A stretch of 64,000 bases of DNA from Cyanophora paradoxa CCMP329 (taxonomy: Eukaryota > Plantae > Glaucophyta). Of this stretch, positions 41,184 through 52,954 are shown one piece after another; position 1 is the first letter of the stretch, and each line of letters begins with the position of its first letter. Below the pieces are notes generated by a model. The model was not told the origin of the DNA and did not search any database. It worked only from the letters and a program-made list of their open reading frames with translations. The DNA lies in contig QPMI01000099.1 in NCBI GenBank assembly GCA_004431415.1, positions 186,001 to 250,000 of the forward strand. Direction: 5' to 3'. A program made the translations under genes and the position numbers.

Positions 41184-43228
41184 TTTTTTTTTTTTTTTGA
41201 GTTTTCCGTAGTTTATTAGGGGACAGAGCCCCTGGTACACAAAAAACATCGTTTTCTGTCTACCCTAGGCCTAGGTCTACCCTAGGCCAACTAATATACT
41301 TTAGCCTAGTCTACTCCCCACTATTGGGTCTCCGACTAGGCGCCCCAAGGGCTAAACCCTATTGCGAGCCCCACCCCCTCTACCCTTGAGGCGGCTCTCT
41401 TGGAGCCTCCCCCCGCGACGGGCCCGGGCCGGTCACGATGGGGTGGGGTAGAGAGGTGGCAGGGGGCTGGGGCCGGGGAGATTGTTGGGCTGGCAAGCTC
41501 AGGGTTTAAAGCCAAGCGGCGAAATACCAAAGATGAGAAGAGAGAGGAGGAGATCTCCGCGGTGGTACATCGCGTGTTCCCGTGCAGGACAGAGAAGTGG
41601 GCGTGGAAGGCGGTGGAGGCGGCGGTGTCGGTGGAGCGACATGGAACAGATGGGACAGGTTGCTGGAGGGGCGAGATGGGGAGGGTGCAGCTGAAGGGCC
41701 CGTTTCGAGAAGGGGAAGGGTGGAGGAGGGGGGGGTGCGGGGGAGGAGGCTGGGGCGAGGGCCGGGCCTCTTCGGTGGGGGGGGCGGGGCGGCGGCCGGT
41801 CTTGTGGGGGAGGCCGGTCTTGAGGTTCGGGAAGAGGCTCGGGCACAGCTGATGCGGCTGCGGGCGACGCTCCGTCCCGCCGCTGGGCGTGACCGTGAGC
41901 AGCAGCAGGAGTGGAGGAAGCAGCTGCTGCTGTTCTAGATTTGCGGGGGCGAGGTCCGGGTCCGGAATTATTGCCTCGGGCTGCACGGAATCCCGCCGAC
42001 TCTTGAATTTCTCGAAGGAGGCGCGGGCGTCGCGTCCGCACTGTTGCCGTGCCATCGGCTTGTGCCGCTGGTGGGTCAAGCGGGGGCACTTGCGCCGGCG
42101 GACTGTCCTGTGGACTCTGGGGCCTGGCTATAGGAGAGCTCGAAATCGGCCTGGGGGGCGTCGTGGGGGTCGGGTTAGCTGCAGGCCTAGCTATAGAGGT
42201 GTCGCTGACGACCGACAGGCGCGGGCGGGGCTGGAAGAAGGTGCGGATGTCTGCTCGCGAGTTCCGGGCCGCAGGCCTAGGGGTAGTCTGCAGCTGCGCG
42301 CTCGGCGGAGGTCGGTGTTGGGGTTCCGGCGCGAGCGTGACTATTTTGGGCCTGGATGGGCCTGCAATGGCTTCGTCTTGGGGGCCGCGGTCTGTCTCGC
42401 TGGTTTTGGGGGGCGACGGTGGAGCGGTACATTTTCCTTTGCGTTTGTGCTGAGCCAGGGCTTCGGGGGAGGCAGCGGCGTAGCCGCACGTGCAGCTGAG
42501 GGGGGCATCCCTCGGCAGTTCTCCCGGAGCCGGCGCAGCCACCGGTATTGCCTGGGGCGGCTCGGGCTGAGAGGCGGTGCCCGTGGGCACCCCCGTATTC
42601 AAGGCCTGCGAGCCTAGAATCCGGGTAAGAATGAGGCCGCGCCAGGTGGCACAGTTAGACACGGTGCCCGTGAAGGGAGGCGTGTAGGCCTTGAGGTCAT
42701 GTTCCAAGGCGCGGACAAGCATTTCGGCAAAGGCGCAGACGAAAATCCCGCAGTTAAATCTGTCCTGTTGGGCCGGAATGGGGAATCGGGTGGCTGAGGG
42801 GAGGGGCCAGGTGAGAGCATTGTCGGCACCAGTCAGGGAGCCTGGGGCTTCACGTTCGCGCTCCATGTTGAGCCATTGAAGGAGGGGCAGGAGTTGACGG
42901 CGGGCCGCTGCTGGGCCCGGGAGATTGAATCCATCGTATAATTCAGCACGGCGAGCACGGAGGTGGAGGGCTGCAAGGATCCAGTGGCCCGGGGTGTGGA
43001 TAGGGAAGAGTAATAGGTCATAGTCAAACACATTAATTCCGCGCCCGGCGGTGCGACGGCGCAGGCGGGCGCTGTCCGCCGGCGTTATTGTCTGGGGAAT
43101 AGCGTCATAGAAAGTATGCGGGAAAAGTAAGACGCGGCGGCGGGGGTTAATTTCTCCGTTCGCAAGAAGGTTTAGTTGGGCGAGGTAGTAGTTGATGACG
43201 TCGGCGTTCACCCAGGACGTGCCGTTCG
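41184..43228 (-). mobile_element. 5'-truncated poly(A) retroelement carrying a Ulp1-like protease ORF
   Basis: 15-nt poly(A) (T run 41184-41198) preceded on the minus strand by the hairpin agggg-ctctgt-cccct and AATAAA. Intronless ORF in an intron-dense genome. Flanked by two diverged copies of a ~120-bp repeat (41060-41183, 43229-43348). Confidence 0.7.
41499..43228 (-). CDS. Ulp1/SENP-family (peptidase C48) domain, C2HC zinc finger, PIP-box-like motif and Pro-rich tail; 5'-truncated
   Basis: WVNADVINYY, FPIHTPGHWIL (His), ELYDGF (Asp) and PAQQDRFNCGIFVC (Gln/Cys) give an intact catalytic set. Then CTCGYAAASPEALAQHKRKGKC and RADIRTFF. Confidence 0.85.
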
Positions 43229-44185
43229 GCCCCTGCGTAGGCCTCCGCCGCCTCCGGCCGCCGCTGGTCGCCGCGGCCCGCGCGGGCGCGTCTCGGCCGC
43301 CCGCGCCGCGGCGGGCGATGGTCTCGAGGGCACCGGTGCGCCTCGCCCTGCTTTTCGCCCCTTCGGGGCCCCATCGACCCCTCCTTGAGCAGGTGCGGCG
43401 GCCTGGGGAGGGCGTAAGCGTGAGGATGGGGCGCAGACCGGGCGGCGCGGGGCGGCGCGGGGCGGGGCGGGGCCCGAGGGCCTCGCCCCGGCCCTGCCCT
43501 CCGCGTTCCCCCGCATCCCGGCAGGCCGAGGCCCCGGCAGCCGAGGCCGCCTCGCTCCGCCCCGACTCGCGCTGCCGCTTCTTTGCGTCCGACGGACTCC
43601 TTTACATCTGGAGTAGCCATAGGCCTCCCGGCCCGTTCCTCTGCCCCGCCCCGCCCCCTCCCGACTACGGCCCGTAAGGAAGTCTTGTGCGGCAATCCCC
43701 GAAAAAGGGCCAGGATGTACGAGATCGTGCACACAAGCGAACGTGATGTCGAGTAATAGCAAAGAACCTAAGAATGCGCTGTTTTAAGCCTTGAAGAGCC
43801 GGGAAGAAAAGCGAAGCTGGCTGGCTGGCTGAGCGTCCGGGAAGGCACGCTACGTCCAAGCTACGCTACTCTGCACTACAGCGCATTGGTGTGGCGTGGC
43901 GGGGAGGGCCCCCGATCGATCGGAGGGCCCTACTCGAGTCGATGGGAGGAGATAGGGGGGCGGGGGAGGGGGAAGGAGGGGGGGGGGGGGGGAGGGGGGG
44001 GCGGGCGGGCGGAGGGTTGAGGGAGCGGGGTAGAGTAGCACATGTGGGGGAGGCCGCGATGTCCGAGAGAGGGCCCTCAGGGCGCCGCAAGGGGAGGAGG
44101 GAGGAGGAGGCGACGGCCGGCCGGTGCTGCGGCGGGCGGGCGCGGGGCGCCGGGGCGCTGCTCGCAGGCCCGCCGGGGCGCGGCC

Positions 44186-46255
44186 TCAGGCGGAAGCCAT
44201 CACGTCAAGGACGCCCTGCGGGAGGAGGCGGTGCTTCCGTGCCGCCTCCTTCTTGATGCGCTCGCAGGCAGCCTTGAACGCCGCCGGCTCCCCCGAGAGC
44301 TCCGACAAGGCGGCCAGGGCGCGCAGGACATTGCCCTCAGCGCGCTTGCAGCTGCCGAGCATGCAGCCGTGCGCGAGCTCCGGCCACTCGATGAGAAGCA
44401 GCCCCACCTGCCGGAGTCTCGTGATCCAGTCCGAGAGAGTCCCTCTGTAGTGTCTCTGCGCAAACGATCGAATCAAAAGCAGCTCTCAGCAGGCTCTGAA
44501 AACGCGAACCGGCTTCAAGATGCCGTGGCTGATGAGGGCGGCGCGGCAGTACGACCTGATCGAACGGCAGTTCTGGCCCTTGAGGTACGTGCGGGCGGCA
44601 GCGATGCAGGCCGGGGTGAGCGGGTGCACGCGGAGGCCGGCGCCGCGGCCGGCCGGGGCCGGGGCCGCCTGGTACCCCTCGAAGTGGTCCCCGCTGAGCT
44701 TGCAGAGGCGCGTCATGGCCCGCTGGACCCGCTTCCAGAGCGCGGGGTCGCCCCGGCTGCTGCAGACGCCGATGAGCTGCTCGGCGAGCTCGACGACGCC
44801 GCCCACGCCCATGCTGGCCAGCGGCTCCGTCTCGACGCCCACGTCCCGCGCGATCTCAATGAGCTTCTGCGCCTGTTTCTCCTGCCCGTCCGTCAGCCGA
44901 ATGCCGCTGCCGCGTCGCGCGGGCTGCGGCTGCGGCTGCGGCTGCGGCTGCGGCTGCGGCTCGGCGCCGGCTGCGGCTTCCGGGGACCCCCAATACTCCG
45001 CCAGTATCTTGACAAGCGGGCGCGTGCGAGTCGCCTTGCTGGGGCGGGGCGCTGCTGCTGCGGCCGCCGCGGCTGCCGCTGCGACGTCTTCCTCGCCCTC
45101 CGCGTCGGCTGGCGGCGCGCCCCCCTCCGCCTCCGCCTCCTCGCCCTGCCCCCGGGGGCCGGGCGATGCTGCGACCTCCTCCTCCTCCTCCTCGACCTCC
45201 TCCTCGTCGTCCTCGCCCTCGCCCTCGCCCTCCTCCTCGCCCGCCTCCTCCTCCTCGGCTCCGGCTGCCGCCGCGGCCTCCTCCTCGTCATCCCCGTCCT
45301 CCTCGTCATCCCCGTCCTCCTCCTCCCCCTCGCCCTCCTCCTCCTCCTCCTCCTCCTCCTCCTCCTCCTCCTCCTCGTCCAAGCCACCGCCAAACTGCCG
45401 GCGGCAAAGGTAAGCGAGCCGCCGCGCCCCCGGCGGGCCGGGGCCCCACTCACGTCGGGGCCGCCGCCGCCGTCGTCAGACATCGCCTCGCCGCGCGCCG
45501 CGAACTCTTCCTCGCTGTCTTCCATCGGGTCGGCCGGCGGCTGGCGCGGACGCGGCGGTCAGAGCGGCCTCGGGCGCAGGCCGCCGCGCCGGGCGCACCT
45601 CGTCCGGCAGCTCCCCCGCGGCCCGTGCCGCCTCCGCCGCCGCCGCTGCCGCGGCCGCCGCGGCCGCCGCCGCCGCCGCCGCCTGCTGCTGCTGCTGCTG
45701 CTGCAGCCGGGCCAGGTTCTCCTCCGCTGCGGCAGCGCGCCCCTCCGCAACATCCGCCCGCCGGTTCGCCGCGGCCCGCTCCGCCTCTGCGTCCGCCACC
45801 GCTGCCGCCGCCGCCTCACGGGCCTTCGCCTTCGCCTGCTCCAACTCTGCCGCCGCCTCCGCAAGTTGCTGCTGCAGCCGGGCCGACCTCTCCTCCGCTG
45901 CGGCAGCCCGCCGGTTCGCCGGGGCCAGCGCCTGGCGGGCACGCTGATTTGCCGCGGCCAGCGCCTGCTCTCTCTCCGCCGCCGCCTCCGCTAGCTGCTG
46001 CTGCAGCCTGGCCGCCGCGCCCCGCAGACTCTCAAGCTCCGCTGCCTGCGCGTCGAGCGCCTCCCGCAGCCGAGCATCCACCACGCTGGGCCCGGGTGCT
46101 GGAGCCGGCGCCTCGCCCTCGATGCCCCCGTCGCCGAGCGCTCCAGCCTGCGAACGCGTGAGATCGAAGATCAGGGACGTCGGTCGTCGGAAATTGGTGT
46201 ACCCCAGGCAAGGCCAGCTCGGCGGCGCCGGCGCCAGCCGCGCCGGGCGCCGCAA
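44186..46255 (-). CDS. Hypothetical multi-exon protein: Ala/Gln coiled coil, long acidic tract, helical C-terminal domain (possible TE cargo gene; 5' end unresolved)
   Basis: Plausible GT-AG introns join LARLQQQ..ELPDE / PPADPMEDSEEEF / poly-E..KILAEYWG..HGILKP / TLSDWITRLRQ..VMASA*. A decayed inverted partial copy lies at ~49990-50330. Confidence 0.45.
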
Positions 46256-48751
46256 CCGCAGCCGAGCGCTCTGCCAGCTGCGTCTGAGCCAGGAGCGTCA
46301 GGCGCCGCGAGGGGGTCGGTCAGCCTAGCTCGGATTGCCGCAGCGCTAGCCGTACCTCGAGAGAAGCATTCCGCTGCAGCAGTTCCCGCTGCCCACGCTC
46401 GAGAGAGGCGAGGCAGGCCTTCACTCGCTGCGGGGAAGGGGCGGAGCGGCGCCTCGCGCCGTCATCCGCCCCGAACACGATGCCGGCTGCTTCGAGAGCC
46501 TCCAACATCCCCAGAGTCTGCTGCAGCGTATCACGCAAAAGCTGCCGCCGAGGACGTAAATTAGCGTCAAATAAGCCAGGCGTGGGAGAAACCGCGGACC
46601 GGCAAGCGCTCATTGTCCGGTAGCAACTTGTTCACCAGATATTTCGACAGCAAACCAGCCTGAGAGCGGGCGCGTCAGCGAGTAAACGAGTCGAGCGAAG
46701 CGTGTAGTGAGCTTACGGAAAAGGTAAGCGCAGAACACCACGGAGGAGGAAGGGTAATATTCGCTAATACCCAGACTGTTCTTGTTGCGACCATCGTGAC
46801 TACTGGAATCGAAGCTCTGAGGAAGGTCTTGCTGCGTAGAAGCTTCACCAGCGCCCGGAGGCAGCACATCCAGTTCGACTTCTGCCGGTTTCCCAACTCC
46901 GCCAGCGCCCGAAGGAACCCCTGCCCGTTCTCCGCCAGCCCCCAGAGGCAGCTGTTCCCGTTCTTCAATAGCGCCCGGAGGCTGCGCCCCCACGGACTCC
47001 TAGCGCTGGGCGCCTGTTTGGGAACCACGAGTGAGCTGATGCGCTCAGAGAGGGAACAGAGAGCTCGTCACCGGCAGCATGCGACCGGGCGACAAGGACA
47101 GACGTGAGCGCCGACCCGGCAATCTCGCTGGGCTAGCTGGGACGATCTCCTCGGCTACCTCCATGTCTAGCCTGAGAAAAGAAGAAGAGGTCAGTTACGA
47201 ACGTCTGCAGCCGAGCGGGGCGCCCGATCCAGCCGGTCCCTCACCTGAGAATGGAGCAAGGGCACTGGCGGTCTCCGGCGACGACACAGTAAAGACAACC
47301 GTGGCACAAGGCAGCGTGTCCAGGCGACCTGCAACGGAAGGGGTCAAAGAGCGTAGCATGCGCACGGCGGTGCCGCTAGGCCCAGTTACGCCTAGCATGT
47401 AGAGAGATCTAGAGTCTCCGAATACGATTCCTTCGACGGCTCGGAACTACGCGGTGATGCGGGCCGGGGCGGCGTTCGCGCGGCCGGGCGCGGCGAACCT
47501 GGGCGTGGTCCCGCTCGAGAGGTTGCGCGTACGGGTGCGCAAGAGGTGGCAGCAAACCTGCGGAACGGAGCTCTCGTTAGTATTCAGGCCGGCGGGGTGA
47601 GGAGCGACCGCGCTCTCGACTCAAGGGCAAGGTTCGCCCGCCGCCCGGCCAGCGACGGCTTCGCGGCAGAGGCCGGCATCGCAGGGCGGAAAGGGGGCGC
47701 GTTGTATCAGATCTCCTCGCTGTTCAAGGGCCCCCAGCGCCGAATCCTAGCGGAGCGGCGGCGGAGCTATTGATCTAGGGCGGAGCGGCGACTGCGCACC
47801 TCGGCAGGCTGTCCTAGGTCGTCGCGCTGCAGCTTGTGGCCGGGGCTTCGAAGTTGCCGGAAAGAGCCGCGTACCCCCCTCCAGAGCGTCGGAGTGTCCT
47901 GGCTGCGTCCACCGCCTGCTGCCGCTGTCGCCCCGAGGCACGATCCGCGACCGAGATGAAAGGCTGCAGCTGCTCCCGAGCTGCCAATCGATTGCTCTCC
48001 CGTACTATCAACGGCACGCTCTACATGCCACCAAGAGCTCAGCGGCCGCAGTGCTGTGCGGGCGATCCGCTGAAATGACCGAAATGTGGTTCCACGGGCC
48101 CGCCGCCGCCTCCGCGCAAGCTTTTGGCTGTGCAACGCGGCTGCGCGAGCTCCAGCGTCTGCAGCTCGTGGAATGCAGCTGTTCGGCCATCGCACGGCCG
48201 CCGATGCGAGCTGGAGGTTCCACCGCCGCCGAAATGGCCCGAGGAGCTGTCACGCTGTTCGACAAGTTCTCCATCGTCGCTTCTCCCGTCGTAGCTAGCT
48301 GCCGGCGTCAGCTCGCGTAGCTACTGGTGCGAGCCGGGTCTGATGGGCGTCGAGCCCCCGCAAGTCTGAACTGCCCGCGCAGCGTACCCGGACGTCGACC
48401 CTGGCCTGGCGGGCGGCGGCATAGCGGCGAGCGAGAGACCGTCACTGCAGCGAGGTGCGGCGGGAGCCATCGCCGTGCGCCGCCGCGCCGCCGCGCGACG
48501 CGGCGCCGCCGCGCCGCCCGCCCGGCCGCGGCCGCCGACAGCGCGCAGCTCTGCCCAGGCGCGAGCCGTCGAGGTCGGGCGCCGGGCGCGGCGCGGCGGG
48601 CTCGGCCGGCTCGGCTCGGCCGGCGGGTTCGGCGGGGCGGGTCGCCCCGGGGCGCAGCGCGCGCCAAGCTGGCACAGGCCGCCGTCGCCTGGGTGCGAGC
48701 CCACGCGCCTATCCCCGCCGTGAGCGCTCGCCCGGCCGACCTTCTCGCCCA

Positions 48752-48916
48752 GCCGACCGCCCGCGCCGCCGCAGGCTTCTTCCCGTGCGCGTCGAGCGAG
48801 GACACCCCTCCCGCCTCTCGCGAGCTGAAGGCGCGCTCTTCTACTCCCGCGCCCCGAATCGCTCGCTCGCCCCTCTAACCGCGCCCCGCGCTCGCCCCGG
48901 CCTCACGCCTCAGACG
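48752..48916 (+). pseudogene. Captured fragment of the CEP104-like gene (exon 3 with flanking intron sequence)
   Basis: Homologous to the reverse complement of ~2622-2788: GFFPCASSEDTPPASRELK followed by the intron gcgcgctctt...cgctcgcccctctaaccgcgccccgcg...cctcag. Confidence 0.8.
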
Positions 48917-48979
48917 CCTCAGCCGATTGCGGCCGACGAGCCCCGCAGCTGAGCCGCAGCTAAGCCACGATCCGAGCGG

Positions 48980-49149
48980 GTCGACTTGCAACGCTCTCCA
49001 GCAGCGGCTCAGCGGCCGCATCAAGCGGCTGAGCTCTCATCGCATCAAGCGGCCTAGCCGATCGCTGCCGACGAGCAGCTGAGCCCTGCAGCTGAGCCGC
49101 CTTTCGCTCCAACTGCTCAGTCGACTTGCAACGCTCTCCAGCAGCGGCT
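48980..49149. repeat. 30-bp direct repeat, 140-bp spacing
   Basis: gtcgacttgcaacgctctccagcagcggct at 48980 and 49120. Confidence 0.8.
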
Positions 49150-50459
49150 TGGCGAGCCAGCGTACCCGGACCCTCACGGCCTCGCCGGCGGCCGCGCGCC
49201 AGCGCTTCTCCTCGTTGGCGTCGGACGCTATGCGTCTTTCCACTCTTCTCCGCCTGCGGTGCGCCCCATCCCCCCCCGTCGAGCGCCAGCTCGCCCCGCA
49301 GAAGTCGGGCGCGGCTTCTGACTGCGGGTCGACGTCGCTCAGGGGCGCAGCGCGCGCCAAGGTGGCAGGCAGAGGCAGACATCGCACCGCCCACCTCGCC
49401 CCCGGCCCGCCGACCTTCGCCCTTGGGCCCCGTTGTCTGTTCGCCCGCCCCTCTCGAGGACGGCAAACCCGGCGGTGCGCCCCGCGCGGGCCGCTTCCGA
49501 GCATTTCGCGGGCTGACCGGGGCCCCAGCCGTTGAATCACGTACCCGCCTGCTCGATGGGGCGCCCCTGCGGCCGGGAGACCTCCGCCGGAGGGCCGCGA
49601 GGAAGCTGGTGGGGCGCCGCGGCCCCTGCGTAGGCCTCCGCCGCCTCCGGCCGCCGCTGGTCGCCGCGGCCCGCGCGGGGCGCGTCTCGGCCGCCCGCGC
49701 CGCGGCGGGCGATGGTCTCGAGGGGCACCGGTGCGCCTCGCCCTGCTTCCCGCCCCCCCTCGGGGCCCCCTCCGACCCCTCCTTGCGCAGGTGCGGCGGC
49801 CTGGGGATGCGACGTGGGCGCGGGGGCGGGGCGCAGACCGGGAGGGCCCGAGGGGCCCGAGGGCTTCGCCCCAGCCCTGCCTGCAGCGCCGCCCCCGCCC
49901 CCGCCCCGGCCCCCGCTTCCCTCTGGAGTCTGCCGTCCCCGGGCCTGGGGGGGTACGACCCGGAGAGGAGACGCCGGTCGCGCTGTGTGGCGGCGGCAGC
50001 ATCGGTAGCGGAGGCAGAGGCGCAGCGGGCTGCGGCGAACCGGTGGGCGGATGCCCCGCAACAGCAGCAGCAGGAGCCCCGCAGCAGCAGCAGCAGGAGC
50101 GGCAGCAGGCGGCGGCGGCGGCGGCGGCGGCACGGGCCGCGGGGGAGCTGCCGGACGAGGTGTGCCCCGCGCGGCGGCCTGCGCCCGAGGCCGCTCTGAC
50201 CGCCGCGTCCGCGCCAGCCGCCGGTCGACCCGATGGAAGACAGCGAGGAAAGGTTCGCGGCGCGCGGCGCGGCGATGTCCGACGGCGGCGGTGGCGGCGC
50301 CGGCGGCGGCCCGGGAGACGTGGGCGGGCCCCGGCCCGCCCGGGCGCCGCGGCCGGCGCCGCCCCTCGCTCCTCGGGGCGTCCTCGACGCGAGCAGCGCC
50401 CCGGCGAGCAGCGCCCCGGCGCCCCGCGCCCGCCCGCCGCAGCACCGGCCGGCCGTCGC

Positions 50460-50514
<55 letters not shown>

Positions 50515-52713
50515 ACCCCCCCTCCCCCTGCGGCGCCCTGAGGGCCCTCTCTCGGACATCGCGGCCTCCCCCACATGTGCTGCTCTACCCCGCTCCCTCA
50601 ACCCTCCGCCCGCCCCCCCCCCCCTCCTTCCCCTCCCCCACCCCCCTATCTCCTCCCATCGACTCGAGTAGGGCCCTCTGATCAATTGACGGCCCTCCCC
50701 GCCACGCCACACCAATGCGCTGTAGTGCAGAGTAGCGTAGCTTGGACGTAGCGTGCCTTCCCGGACGCTCAGCCAGCCAGCCAGCTTCGCTTTTCTTCCC
50801 GGCTCTTCAAGGCTTAAAACAGCGCATTCTTAGGTTCTTTGCTATTACTCGACATCACGTTCGCTTGTGTGCACGATCTCGTACATCCTGGCCCTTTTTC
50901 GGGGATTGCCGCACAGATTTTCAAGAATTCCTTACGGGCCGTAGTCGGGAGGGGGCGGGGCGGGGCAGAGGAACGGGCCGGGAGGCCTATGGCTACTCCA
51001 GATGTAAAGGAGTCCGTCGGACGCAAAAAAGCGGCAGCGCGAGTCGGGGCGGAGCGAGGCGGCCTCGGCTGCCGGGGCCTCGGCCTGTCCATCGCCCGCG
51101 GCGGCGCGAGCGGCCGAGACGCGCTCCGCGCGGGGCCGCTGCAACCAACAGCGGCCGGAGGCGGCGGAGGCATAGGAAGGGGCCGGGCGACGGCGGGCCG
51201 CGGGGAGCCCCACGGAGCAGGGGGGTACCTGATTCGATGGCTAGGGCCCGGGTCAGCCCGCGAGGTGCTCGGGAGCAGCCCGCGCGGGGCGTACCGTCGG
51301 GTTTGCCATCCTCGAGAGGGGCGGGAAGGGGGGCGGGAAGGGGCCGGGGAAGGGGGGCGGGAAGGGGCCGGGGGGGGGGGGGGGGAGGGAGGGGGGGGGG
51401 GGCGTACGCGGGCTTTCGACACCTTCCGCGGGGTACCGGACAGCAATCGAACAGGAGTGACGTGGTGAGTCTGAGAACAGAGCCCCGCGCGTCCGCGGCG
51501 TCGGCGTGCAGGGGACGATAGGGAGAGCTGGCCGGCGAGGCGTGAGCGGCGGCGGGGGCGGAGGGGAAGCGGCGGTGCGGGCGGGTGCGAGGCGCACGTA
51601 TGCGTTTCCCCGGGTCCGGTGCGGGAAGGAGAGGAACCGAGCGCGGGTCGGCCGGGCCCCCCCGTCGTCCTCCGGCCGCAGGCGCGTCGACAGAGCGGCC
51701 GCGGGTCGACGCTCTGCGCCGCCTCTCGCGCGCCGTCGCGTGCACTGGAGGGGCTACCAACGGCCGCCGCGTCTGAGAACGTGGGGTTAGAGGGGCGCCG
51801 AACCTCGGAGAGGCGGGGGAAGCGCGGCGAGGCGCACCGCGGCGGCGGCAGCCGAGACACGCCCCGCACGACGGATCCGTCTTGCAGGGCCGCGCCGCTC
51901 GCGAGCCGGTGCAGAGCTCGGAACGACTGAGGAGGCTGAGTGTGAACGTGAGACTGCTCAGCACGCGGGCGGCGCGGGGCGCGGGGTGGGTTCTGCGCAC
52001 CTCAATGAACCGTAAAGTCCAGCGTGCGCCCCGACCTGCTCCCCGCCTCCACAAGCCCGCATAAGCATAGATGGCGTCGAAATCTGAGCTGGAGTGAATG
52101 GCGAAGAAGCAATACAGATGGAGCCTCAGGGAGCGTGGGCAAACCTAGGCCTGTCTCGCCGCAGCACGGTTCGGCGGCCGTCGGAGACGTGCACAACGTT
52201 AACGAGCTCGAGCTCTTCGAGCTCTGTCCGACGGTCGCTCCATGTGCGCCCCGCCTGCGGGCGGTCGAATGCCGGGCGCCGCGAATCCAGAAGCTGAAGG
52301 CGAACCAGGACATGCACGCCGCGGCGCGAGCGACGAATGCAGCTGCAGTGAACGCCGCAACGAGCGCGAGACATGGCGCTCTACAGCGCTCTCGCGGCTC
52401 CGCGCTGCAGTAGTGTAGCCCGGCCGGCTGCGCCGATGATTTGGGTACAGGTGCGTCGAGGTGGAAAAAGCTGGACCAAGACTCGAACAGTCAGGTTCCT
52501 CGCGAGCGATCGATCGCGATCGCGTGGATCGTTTTTTTAGTCGAGCAAGTGACGCCAATTGTTGAACGCTATCGAATCGGAGGCTTATATTATTAAGTTA
52601 TATATTCGGAGTTCGATCGATATCGCGAATTCGCGACAACGTTACAAGTTGACGTCGGCCTAACGTTCGGTTCACGTTGCGAGACCTGATCACGAGAACG
52701 CCGAGCGTGCATT

Positions 52714-52954
52714 CACAGCTCGTTTTTTTTACCGGTCGACCCGACACGGCCAAATATCCGGTTTCGTTAAATTCCCCTCGGGTTTTCGGAATTCCCCGGC
52801 TTTAGCTAGTGCAATCTGCCCGGTAGCATGCCGGCTACAAGCTGTTGCGAGGAGACTAGCCGTTTTGCGGCGGGTGAAAAGTTATCGCGATCGCCGGCTA
52901 CCCTTGCCCATATCCGGGCCGTGTTGGGTCGATTAGGAAAAAAAACGAGCTGTG
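52714..52954. mobile_element. 241-bp MITE with CACAG termini and a 3-bp TSD (CACTA/Chapaev (CMC)-like)
   Basis: TIR cacagctcgtttttttt...tcgaccc.acacggcc (~38 bp, imperfect). TSD att at 52711-52713 and 52955-52957. The empty site gagcgtgcattagt is present in sister units. Confidence 0.85.

Larger units (their letters stand above)
40561..52104. mobile_element. Large imperfect inverted-repeat mosaic (long-TIR element, or two inverted copies of one repeat family)
   Basis: Colinear inverted blocks: 40561-40650/52015-52104, ~40800-40860/~51940-51990, ~40900-41150/~51090-51370, ~43530-44170/~50410-51080. Confidence 0.65.

Noticed and set aside
44042-45994. 650-aa plus-strand ORF, and similar long Arg/Pro/Gly-rich ORFs at 1-2.6 kb and 49-52 kb
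   Set aside because: Stop-poor frames of very GC-rich DNA, antisense to better-supported exons; no domain motifs.
46300-48300. Upstream exons of the 44186-46255 gene or a transposase
   Set aside because: I could not build a consistent spliced frame or find DDE or other motifs.
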